A stretch of DNA of 64,000 nucleotides from Basidiobolus meristosporus CBS 931.73. Lineage: Eukaryota; Fungi; Basidiobolomycota. Each line of letters starts with the position of its first letter. Positions within the stretch are counted from its first letter, which is position 1. The notes beneath the pieces were generated by a model, which did no database searches, was not told where the DNA came from, and saw only the letters and a program-made list of their open reading frames with translations. Both the position numbers and the translations under genes were made by a program. Shown in pieces: positions 1 to 10,848 of the stretch. Where the stretch lies: NCBI GenBank assembly GCA_002104905.1, contig MCFE01000071.1:1-64000 (forward strand), read 5' to 3'.

Positions 1-1076
1 GTGTAATACAAAATAATGGCATATCAGTCCCTATCACTTTATTAATTTCAGTTGATTACTGCACCCACTTCCATCATTAAGTACGCATTTCAGGTATCTA
101 GAGAGCTCCAAAAAGCCAAGTGCCTATGGTGAATCAGTTTAGACTATTATCATTAACAACAACTTAAAGTCACATTGAATTACTCTAACCTTACTCCGTT
201 GAAATGGGCAATTATTGAAAGAAGTGTTGCAATAATCAACAAAAATTTACTGATAGCAACATCCATACAAACGAGGGAAGCAGAAATTGAAGCAATATAT
301 ATACTCACGAAAAGCATGTTTAATGAATATCTGACAAGATTCAAAGCTAATTAAATAATCAATAGTGTATTTAATAGTATATACCGGACCTGTATGTCCC
401 AGAATGATCAGTGAGCTTTAAGTGAACCTCCAGGATCAAATCAGAAACACTACGATGTAGCACCCCGGTATAAATATAAAAGCAACTCACATATCAGTAT
501 GTCTATAGCATCTAATCTAGGGAAAATTACATGGTGCGAACACCGACTAGAATGTTTAAACTCCTTCGTTAACGCTGACCAAAATGGCAGTTTGAGGTTA
601 TTTCCATCCGAATAGTGATTAACCAATAATATAGTGATGGTTGTATTAATATATAGTAGACTGCGGGATGGAAAAAAGAATATTTCCTAAATCTACATAA
701 TAATTTTAATGGAGCCGCACCAAAAAAAAAAGTCATTTAATGATGCCGAACTGTAGTAAATGCATGTTAGTAGATTGTTGATACTGATAAAGCCGATAAA
801 GCCGATAAAACCTCTGGTTTCAATATATCTGAATGATCATCTGATTCCAGGGTCACCGGATCACCAGTGAAAAAGAGGGATTACCAGGCCCCTCTACTCA
901 TGGGTCCTTTTTTAAGCAGCGGTGGTTCCCACATATGCCGATATATCCCTTTGCTCTTCTTTTCATTAAACTAGTAGTCCAGTTGCCCGTTGTCTGCTCG
1001 ATTGTTGTTACTAATCAATAAACTTGCCAGAAAGTAGTCATATTTATTTCGAAGTAGTTTCGCTTGCAGTGAAAAA

Positions 1077-3261
1077 ATGAACTCCGAACTGAGCTTGGAG
1101 GCTGTACGTCAACAATATAGAGCTTCGCTTGCTGATCTCACCTTCAATTCAAAACCAATCATCACCAAACTCACCATTCTAGCACAAGAAAATATTGAGA
1201 ATGCCACGGTGATCGTTCAAGCTATAGAGGAGCAGATTCGTCGGGTAAGTTTACACCTTGTGGGTTGTTAGTGCGTGTCTAATCTTTTCCTCAGGTTCAT
1301 CCTCGCCAAAAGCTTCCAGTTTTCTACCTGCTAGATTCGATCTGCAAGAATGTCCGAGGGGTCTATATCAATCTTTTCGCCAGGGGCATTGTGAAAACCT
1401 TTTTGGACACCTATTTTAGTGTAGATCAAGCTACACAGAAAAACCTTGAACGTGTCCTAAGTACTTGGAAGAACGGTCCCAAAGGCCCTTTGTATCCACC
1501 AGAAGTCATCAAAAATATTGAACATTCCCTATACAAATACTACCAGCGAATTAAATCTGGTCGACCTCATGCTGCTCGCAATTCGGTAAGTGGATTTGCT
1601 TCTAGAGAAAAGTGGATTTTTCACGCTTTGCTAAACTATTCCTTCAGCCAACCCCTGGAGCAGAAAGAAGCGGACACAAGTCTTCCGCTGGATATCCCTC
1701 GCAATGGAAAGACCCTCGAGCCAGACCTGCGACTATCAACCCGAACGGGACCATGGATCCTAGAGGACAAGCATTACATCAGGTAGGCCTTATTTCTTTA
1801 CGTCTTAGGGTTGCAATGGAGCCGCGATATCGGAACCAGCTAGATGGGACAAGGATGCAAGATATTTTATATATGAATAAACAATCTATCTTAATCATTC
1901 TGATGGGCGGGGATGTTGATATAGTAGCAACGCATTTATATGTCTCTATACATACCCTACATAGATGCTATTTGGATAGATTGCTCAAGACGGTAGTGTT
2001 GACGAACTTTTCTTGCATAAATCTAGGTATCGGCCACTGTTGATTCGGCTTCCAAAACTGCTTCGCCCAACGGATCCGTGGACAAGTCCAACCTACTGCA
2101 CGAGATTCAAACCCTGATTGTTCAGAAGGAACAAGAGCAACGGCAAACCCCTTCGACCACCGCACAGAATCAAATCCAACTTTTGAAGCAGGTTTGTTGT
2201 TCACTAAATCTTCTCCATAGCACGAACCTTCGCTAAATCGATCCCGGACATAGCTACACACGTTGGCACAGTCGCCGTTGCTTCAGCCAGAACAAGTGGC
2301 AATATTTCGCCAGCAAATTAATCAAATAAAAAAGCCTGGCTCTTCATCGGCCCCTGCATCTAAACCTTCAGTGAGCGCCAATCGTTCATCCACACAGCCG
2401 AACCAAGCGTCGATTCCAGCGACAAATCCGGCTGCACTTGTTCAGAACCTCATGGCTTTTGGACTACTCGACCCCAGCAACATCACAGCCATCCCCAACC
2501 CAGCAATGCTTTCTAGACAGGCTCCATCCTATTCCAAGCCCTCTGGGATCATGGTTCGATTGACTCACGAAGACATCCAAAGGTATGTATATTCGCGTTT
2601 GCTCCGCTTGCAATGAACCATACTCAACCATCGTTGTAGAAAACGGCCTGGTGCAGTGGAGCTTCTGTACGAGGCACTAGCGCTGCAGTGCACCACCTGT
2701 GGCTTTCGCTACAAGAAGGACGAAGCCGGCAGAGCCAAGATGGACCAGCATCTTGATTGGCACTTCCGTCAGAATCGCCGCTTAAAAGAAAAGGCAAAGA
2801 AGATCCAGTCCAGGACATGGTTTGGATCAGAGGAGGACTGGGTTCATTCTCGAGATAGTCAATCCGCCCAACAGCAGCCGGCCTTTTTCGATCAGGAGAG
2901 CAACAGCACCCCGCAAGAGGAAGACGATGAGAAGGGTCTCAAGGAATTGACCATCGTTGTTCCCTTCGATCACCATGGAAAGCCATGCCCCACCTGTAAA
3001 GAGAAATTCGTCAGCTTCTGGAGTGACTCGGAGGAGGAGTGGATGTACAAAAACGCAGTCCTTGTTGGGGATGTAGTTTACCATGCCACCTGCCACGCCG
3101 ACGCTCAAAAGGTAACAGAGCTCATTAGCTTGGAAACATCATGTGCTTGTTACTGAACCTTTTGCTACGTAACTTTCTAGAACGATGTCCCATCCGAAGA
3201 TGGCAGCATGAACGACATCACGAATCCAAGCAAGAAACGCAAAATAGATGCCGCGAGTTGA
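1077..3261 (+). CDS. PCF11: Pcf11 mRNA 3'-end processing/termination factor (multi-exon)
   Basis: N-terminal CID ([16 protein letters not shown]...[15 protein letters not shown] after splicing intron 1245-1294). C-terminal zinc-finger motifs CTTCGFRY...[12 protein letters not shown] and CPTCKEKF...YHATC. Last intron 3112-3180, TGA at 3259-3261. Internal exon boundaries only partly resolved. Confidence 0.92.
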
Positions 3262-3782
3262 TCCGCCCGAGATTCCCATGATTTACACTCTATTCAGCTA
3301 TCATGATAACCATATGCTCCCTTCCATTTAGAGGCAATTAATTTTTGTAAATAAATCGCTACTTTTTCTGATTTATTCTGAACATCCACGTCTCGAATCA
3401 CTTTCTCAACACCAACATCTCCAAACTCAGCAACACGTACATGGCAACGTCACCAGCAAGATGAAGTCAGTAATTGATGGGAATAGATCACAATATTCTG
3501 CTTATCCATTATTCTGCTTATCCATATCCGTCCTGCCTATCCATATTCGTCCATCCGAGGTCACACACACCACCTCAGTTCTTTTAATCTATGGTCTCAC
3601 GTCATGATGAAGTGAAGGACCCCCTATTCACGCAGGAATCCCTGGGTGAGAAATCGACTAATAATCCATTCGAATCCTTGTGCTCCCTTTCCCCAGATGC
3701 TATATAACTCCCTCGCCTCCCTTGGTGGGTTCGTTATATTTGCATTATTGCGGTTAATCTCTCCGATTTCTCCCATCTAACC

Positions 3783-4505
3783 ATGTCTGACGCACGTAAG
3801 AACACCCACGAAGCCGCCGAAAAGGTTGCCAACGCCTACGACGCGGCTGGTGACAAGCTCCCCGACTCCTCTGATGTTCGTTCTAAGGCTCACCAAGCTG
3901 CCGGAAAAGCCGCCGATGCTTGGGAGAATCTGAGCGCCGAGGCTCAGGAAGCCAAGAAAAAGGCCGCCGAGGAATGGGAGCATGTAAAGGATCAGCTTCC
4001 ATCCCAGGAAGACGTTCAACGTAAAGCCCAATACGCCGCCGGTAAGCTCCAGGAAGGCTGGGAGGTATTTGAAGATGAGGCCGCCTTCATTGGGAAGAAA
4101 GCTGGTGGTGCGGTGGAGCGTGTAGGGGCACCGATAGCTGCCTACTTTTCCAATACCGACCCATTACGTCAGTGGTTGATGTCAGGACTCTGTCTTGGTG
4201 CCTCTGGTTATGCGTTCTCATACCTTCGCAACTCCAACGCCGGCTGGTTTGCCGCTGGCATTGGTGCCTTATATGCCTATGGCGCTAACTTGATCGGATT
4301 AGCTGATTACCAACTTGGCTATGATATCACCTCCGCCGCTTCCATCGGAGTTATTGCTCTCTCTGGCCGTAGAGCGTTCAGCACCCACGAAGGGTTCTCG
4401 GTGATTTTAGCACTCCTTGGTGGTATAACCGGCTTAACAAACATCACCAAGGCCTACCAAATCCGCTATGGTAAATACAAGAGACGTACCGTCAAGCGTT
4501 ACTAA
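3783..4505 (+). CDS. Intronless protein: LEA/apolipoprotein-like amphipathic repeats plus C-terminal TMEM14-like 4-helix membrane domain (paralog 1)
   Basis: 240-aa ORF. Repeats of type AHQAAGKAADAWE/AQYAAGKLQEGWE. Hydrophobic C-terminal half (AGIGALYAYG...YQLGYDITSAASIGVIALSGRRAF) resembles fungal Tmemb_14 proteins, recognised by eye. Confidence 0.75.
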   Translation: MSDARKNTHEAAEKVANAYDAAGDKLPDSSDVRSKAHQAAGKAADAWENLSAEAQEAKKKAAEEWEHVKDQLPSQEDVQRKAQYAAGKLQEGWEVFEDEAAFIGKKAGGAVERVGAPIAAYFSNTDPLRQWLMSGLCLGASGYAFSYLRNSNAGWFAAGIGALYAYGANLIGLADYQLGYDITSAASIGVIALSGRRAFSTHEGFSVILALLGGITGLTNITKAYQIRYGKYKRRTVKRY

Positions 4506-5079
4506 GGAGCTTCCCTATTCGATAGATGGAATTGAGCTGTAATTTACTTGATCATGTTTATATATCTCTTCATTTTAACAAAGACAATAAAATGATGCGC
4601 CTAATTAAATGTACAAACACCATCCCAAGTTTAAGCCAAACCCGTGCAACCGAGCCTAAACCCGTTCCAATCTGGTCATCAAGCGTTGAAGTTAGATCTG
4701 TGACTACGGTATAGACAGAACCACCTGGAACCAGTCACGAACCGATAGGAAGCAATCAAATTAAACATACGTATGCCATGTACAACACCCTCCCTCTCTT
4801 TCGTCACACACCCACAGCCTAAACAAGGTAGAATGACGATTGGACTTTTTTGCAACGTCATCAACCATACATTGCAGATTGACCATCCAATTGATCATTT
4901 AAGAAATCTTGCTGTCATGATGAGCTCAGGGAGATCTGTAGACACGAAGATTTCAAATGAACTTCTATTTTATGGCCAACAAACTCCCTCGAGGGGATGG
5001 ATACACGGATATATATATTCTGGGTAATCCAGTGAGAGAAAGCAATCATTAATACACTCCATTCTAATCCAGTCTCAAT

Positions 5080-5829
5080 ATGCCTTTCGACGCCCGCAAG
5101 AACGCTCATCAAACCGCCGACAAGTTCACCGAGGCCTACGATGATGCCACGGACAAGTTGCCCAACACCTCCACCGTACGTGGTAATGCCCACTACGCTG
5201 CCGATCGTGCTGCTGACGCTTGGGAAACCCTGAGCTCTGAAGCTCAGAACGCTCGTCGCAAGGCTGGTCAAGCCGCTGATCGTGCATCCGCGGAGTGGGA
5301 GAATGTTAAGGAGAAGCTCCCCTCCCAGGAAGAGCTGAAGCGAAAGGCCGACTATGCTGCTGGAAAACTCCAAGAAGGCTTTGAGGTCTTTGAGAATGAA
5401 GCAGCCTACTATGCTGAGAAGGCAGGTGGCGCAGTCGAGCGGGTTGGTGCCCCAATCGCCTCTTACTTCTCCAACACCGACCCACTACGTCAGTGGTTGA
5501 TGGCTGGATTGTGCTTGGGTGCCTCTGGCTACGCCTTTTCCTACCTTCGCAACTCCAATGCTGGTTGGTTTGCTGCAGGAGTGGGCGCTTTGTATGCCTA
5601 CGGAGGGCATCTTATCGGACATGGGGACTATCAGCTTGGCTACGATGTCTCATCAGCTGCTTCAGTTGGAGTCATTGCTTTGTCCACTCGTAAAGCATTC
5701 TCACATAGCGAGGGGTACTCGGTTATCTTGGCCGCTCTAGGCGGACTCAACGGTGTTACCAATTTCACCAAGGCTTATCAGCTACGTTACGGCAAGTACA
5801 GTGCCAGACGTCCTGCTAGACGCTATTAA
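5080..5829 (+). CDS. Tandem paralog 2 of the LEA-like/TMEM14-like protein
   Basis: 249-aa ORF colinear with 3783-4505, with long identical stretches (YFSNTDPLRQWLM, SGYAFSYLRNSNAGWFAAG) and a 7-aa insertion in the repeat region. Confidence 0.78.
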   Translation: MPFDARKNAHQTADKFTEAYDDATDKLPNTSTVRGNAHYAADRAADAWETLSSEAQNARRKAGQAADRASAEWENVKEKLPSQEELKRKADYAAGKLQEGFEVFENEAAYYAEKAGGAVERVGAPIASYFSNTDPLRQWLMAGLCLGASGYAFSYLRNSNAGWFAAGVGALYAYGGHLIGHGDYQLGYDVSSAASVGVIALSTRKAFSHSEGYSVILAALGGLNGVTNFTKAYQLRYGKYSARRPARRY

Positions 5830-5865
5830 ATATACCACCTAAAGCTAGATTAGTCAACATATTAC

Positions 5866-6150
5866 ACTTTGTATACGCACCCCCACCCTATGACAGTAAA
5901 TAATGTTTATATGCTAATAAAGCTCTGGCATTTATTGTATAAGTAACACACATCTCTTGGTCAACTTTGTGAATGCACGCTACCCTACGACAGCAAAGGG
6001 CGTCTATGTGTTATTGGGCTCCGGTACTTAATGTGGAATCAACACACCTTTCCTGACCAACTTTGTACACGCACCCCGCCCTATGATAGTAAATAATGTT
6101 TATATGCTAATGGCACTATGGCATTTATTGTATAAGTAACACATCTATTG
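5866..6150. repeat. Three ~97-bp tandem units (middle unit degenerate) in the shared 3' region of convergent genes
   Basis: Units start ACTTTGT at 5866, 5964 and 6060. Units 1 and 3 share long identical tracts (AGTAAATAATGTTTATATGCTAAT, GGCATTTATTGTATAAGTAACACA). Confidence 0.8.
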
Positions 6151-9100
6151 AAGACTAATATTCCTCAAGAAATTCTTGATGATTCGCTTCCCAGCTTGCA
6201 GATTCTGGAGCCTGATCCGCTCGTCGTTGAGATGAGCCTGATCCGAAGATTGGCCCATTGGGAAATTGATGGCGATTGCGTCGAAGCATTTCTCCAACCA
6301 ACGTATGGCCGGAATGGAGCCACCTTCACGTATATGCAACGGTTTCACTCCCCACTCCTGCAGTTGACCGGGGGTTTAGTATGAGCCGGGAAAATACCTG
6401 ATCTGTTTGGAACACACAAACCTGCTCGATGGCACTTTCAGCCGCCTTAAAGTATGGACTTTCGGCATCCCCCAACCACCAGTCAGCCGTGTTATTGATC
6501 TCAATCTAAACAGCGAGCCTTCAGTTCTCCGCCAGACAAGAGGCGATCACATCAATGGAACTTACACTTAGGGTGCTGTCAGTGTTCAGGACCGAGAACT
6601 GCTTTTCTACGAAGGTTTTGAACTTTACAATAATATCTTCTAACTTTTGATCGGGAACTATTCTCATGCTAACAATTGCTTTGGCCGAGGCAGGAATCAC
6701 CGTCGAGTTGTTCGGCCCGCTGACATCGATTCGGTGGACAGTCAATGTGGGCATTCTCCAGCGCGAAATTAGTCGGTTCTTCAGATTCTCTGTAGATATG
6801 TTCGTGTTTGTGCTGTTGCTGAATGTATGTTGGTACTAGCTCTGTACATTGAAAGAAGCCGGTGGCTTACCTGCAAAGCTGCTCCACTAGTTCGTCATAT
6901 AAAGCTTCTTCTGACTCTGAGATCGGTCGAACTCTGTCATTAAATCCTATGTAGCCGACCTGTTAACCCTGACCTCGACATAACCATTCCCACACCACAT
7001 ACCTGGAATCAAGACCTCTTTATCCGATGAGACTAAACACGAAAGAATCTTGATCATTTGGACCATGGGCTCCGAGACTGCTCCTCCGTCGACCCCGGAA
7101 TGAGAGTCCGGTTGATTGTTACGAATCTAGCAAGCACCATTATGTTAGGATGCAGATATACAGGTCTCGCTGACCGGGCTTACCTCAATGGTGGCATGAA
7201 TCACACCGCGAAGGCCGTACGTTAAACAGGGCATGTCGTCACCAAGCCAATAGGAGTTACTAGAGGGATAAATACATAATGATTGCTGGTCAACAGGTGG
7301 ACTTGGCTACTCACGAAGAATGCCATCTACCTGACTAAGATCATGTCTGGTTTCCCAAACAATTCCTAGGCGACAAATATCCTTTAGTCACTGTACTAGC
7401 CAACATCCCAAGCGCCTCTCACCTTGCACCGTTCAACGGTCTCGTAAAAGCCCACGCTACCGTTTTCCTCCTCGCCCTCAATCAAAAACGATATGTTGGC
7501 TTTCAGTAACTCCTCTTTCTGTAGCTCGTGGGCAGCAAAAATGGACGCCAATATGGGGCCTTTGTTATCGGTGACGCCTGAGTCGAAGGAATCTAGCGTA
7601 AGTTTGGCAAGTGGTTGGTGAGCAACCGGAGATACTACCTCGACCATAGAGATATCCATCTCGCCCTAGAATACTGAATTAGTCCTTGGACGTTCTTGAG
7701 CTTGCTGGCCAATATCCGAACCTGTCAATTCAAATGGGGGACTTCTCCAATTCGGCTCATCAGCGGGCATCACGTCGTAATGTCCATAGAACAGGATGTT
7801 CAGCCGTTTCTGGCTGTCGTCAGTGGAGTCAGCCAGATTGCCCCCAAATCTACCGAATACCAGAGGATTCCGATTGATTCCGCATGGGATCTATTGGAGT
7901 GTGGGTAAGTATTTGATCCGAATGGCCACTCAATACCCACTTACTATTTGAGCATGAGCGCCGAGTTGATTCAGAATGCTCTTCAAGAATTTGGCCCCAC
8001 GTCTGCATTCTTCGCCAAATCGGATGTTTCCACTAACTGTGCGCATAGATATCCATTTCTCCAGAGCATAAAGCATAATGTCTGTGCATGGTGTTCGATA
8101 TTTGAGTACAGGACGGTAACCATCTGACGTTCACATACAGCACTTGGTACCTTTCTTAGAGGAGCGGGTTGCTGGTGGGTTTGGTTCGTTGCCGTACGGA
8201 ATGTCCCATAGCTTGTCAACGGAGGTATGCGTGAGTGTCAGCCAATAGCTGGGTGGCTCGTGAAGCTACTGTACCTTGACTAGACTGTCGCTAGCTCCAC
8301 TAACCAAGTAATTATCCGTTACAATCAAAGACAGGACGATACTCTTGTCGTGGCCAATCAGTGTTTCAGTACATTCGAAATTTTGACTCCATGCCTACAT
8401 ATGATTCATTAATCACCAACGCTCCTTCGATCTCGCGGCCAAAGAAAGACATACTTTGATGGTGCTATCTGCTGAAGCACTAAACACTGTTTGTCCGTAA
8501 GCCACCAAAGCTAGCACATCATCCTGTGAATTGAGACAACATTGAGTCCATCTCTCCGTGGAAGAGCACCATCTAACAGAATCACCTTGTGGCCAACCAA
8601 GGATCGGATCATTTGGTTTGTCTCCAAATCCCAAATCTAGCTCGCCATGAGTTTATATTAGAGTGAGAGGGTAAAGTGATATCCTAAGTGACATCCGGAC
8701 CTTTATATCGCCACCTTGTGAGCCGCAAAACAATAGCTCGTCTCTCAGTGCGAGTGAGTATATGTTGGACACTGGGCCTTGAAGCGTTTTGAGATGCTCA
8801 ATGCCCGAGGGTGTGATTGTCCACAGCTAAGGGCTCATTAATGTCAGTACAGCTCTAATCTGAGACTAAACGGCGCATCCAAATACCTTGACATCGCCAT
8901 CTCCGGAGCCTATATCCAAGAGTCAAGATCATTTCCACATGCCAGGATCGAAGAGAAACCAAATACCTGAGAACAAAACATCGTCCGTCGAGTTTGGCAA
9001 TTTTCCCAACAATAGTGAGTAAACGTAGCCGAAATGGGAGTTTGGCGCGATGGCCTCGTCAAAGATAACATAATGCTCCAATCCATCCTCATCTACTGTG

Positions 9101-9929
9101 GCTGGCTTCTCTTGCCCTTGAAAGAATTTCGATCCACGCGACGACAAGATGGCTCTTCGCTTCTCCGAGCAGATCTCATCTCTGGTGGAAACATCGAACC
9201 ACTAGGCTTGGTTTTAGCAAGATCAAAAGGATAAGTGGACGCGTTCTAATCGCTACCTGGATACTTGTATTCGTACAGCCCAGAAACAATTTCTGTAAAT
9301 CGCTGGAATATGCTAGGGCTAGGATATCACCAACATTTGGTCCGGCATGAACTACGTATAAGCATTTCATGTTCTTGGTGCACCATACCTGGCACAAGTG
9401 AATTCGTTAGCATGTACGACTTTTACTAGGTCTTGGACTGGCTTCACTTACTCGAACGGTGCCATCACCTAAAACACAACAAACAAAGAGGCCGGATTAG
9501 CTCTGATACTCAAACCAATCCTTGCACACACGTGAGAAAGATTTACCGGAGCCACTGAACAAAAGCTTCTGGTCCGACGAAACGACCAGAGAGAATATCG
9601 AACCGGTATGTCCACTTAACACGGTTTTTGGTGTAAACGTCTCCACTTCCCAAACCTTTCCAACACGAGAGAATTCAAGGAAAAACGCCATTTAGAAAGG
9701 GCATTGCATAGCCGGATGTTTATGGTTGTCACTTATTTACATGAATGAAGCCCCCCTGCGAACCGCTGAAGATATAGTCGTCAGTCGCGGCAAGGGAGAG
9801 CACCGAATGTTTTCTTTGAGAGAGCGTGTGAACACTATGATGAAAAGTGGGGATTTGCAACATTGGTGAATATCTAGAGAGATCCACTGTAGGAAGGTAA
9901 GGCTTAGATGAATTGGTTGAGAAGAACAT
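6145..9929 (-). CDS. DUG2: Dug2: WD40 repeats plus M20 peptidase, glutathione degradation (intron-rich)
   Basis: N-terminal WD40 pieces (HSVLSLAATDDYIFSGSQGG; LSGHTGSIFSLVV). M20 motifs GVTDNKGPILA, LIEGEEENGS and REGGSIP...QAHLNDERI. Start could be the ATG at 9929 or at 9863. Confidence 0.88.
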
Positions 9930-10212
9930 GCAAAGTACCCAAAGCTGGACTGGAACTTCGGAAGGATTCCATGGCTATAGACTGAGGAGAGTCGACAACG
10001 GTGAAGGGTATAAAAGGCTAATCTATCACCCATCACCCGTAATCAGTGCGATGAGTAATCATCGATATAATCAAAACATAGCAATGTTTGCTATGGATTT
10101 GATTGAATAGTTGTAAAGGTGAATAAGTGCTATGAGGTTGACGCAATCTGACGTTTAGGCTCAGCGGGTGGTTCATCAAATTTGACTTCAATAATGCCTA
10201 CCTTACTTTTTG

Positions 10213-10220
10213 TCACGTGA
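10213..10220. promoter_or_regulatory. Palindromic E-box TCACGTGA in the divergent DUG2/P5B-ATPase intergenic region
   Basis: GTCACGTGAT at 10212-10221, about 285 bp upstream of the DUG2 start. Motif match only. Confidence 0.3.
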
Positions 10221-10848
10221 TATAGATCCGGTATTTATTCTTACCAGAAAATTCCTTACTTTTTAGATAGTTGAAGAATTGATGAGCCATATTGGTTTCC
10301 AAAATGGCCAGTATCCGATGGCGCCCAAACGTTCCTGAATAAGCATTTTGGGAAGTGATTGGAATTCCGGTAACTTTAAATTAAGAAACATAAGCTTAAT
10401 GATAGACTTAAGCTTATATACGCTAGACGCTCCACACCAGAGGATGGGTGGATGCATTATTCATATGCAACGAGTATATGCGCGGAGGTGTATGCTAAGC
10501 AGCACGGATTCGGAGGACGTAAGCAGTAGTGGCCAGCCTGGCGCTGAACATCCCATTTCCCAGTAAGAAATCCTATCAGTAATGTGATTTGTCTATCAGC
10601 GCTTCGTACATATTACTCGACAAACAAGGCAAATATGATGTGAGACATTAGGACGATTTCCTTTTATTGTAATATACATTCTTTTTTTCGATCAGAGGGA
10701 AGGGGCAATCATTTCCCGAGTTTAATGCAGCCTTTGGCCAAGGTCTTTTTAAGCAACCCATAGAAAATTTTCTTTCTTCCTCTGGCGGGAAACGCTTCCG
10801 AACCATCAAAATTCCTTCCTTACAACTTAGCTAGCAGCTCCAACAGGT

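Noticed and set aside
1-1000. AT-rich 5' region with a possible gene tail and a short GATAAAGCC repeat
   Set aside because: No identifiable protein motif; the repeat is trivial.
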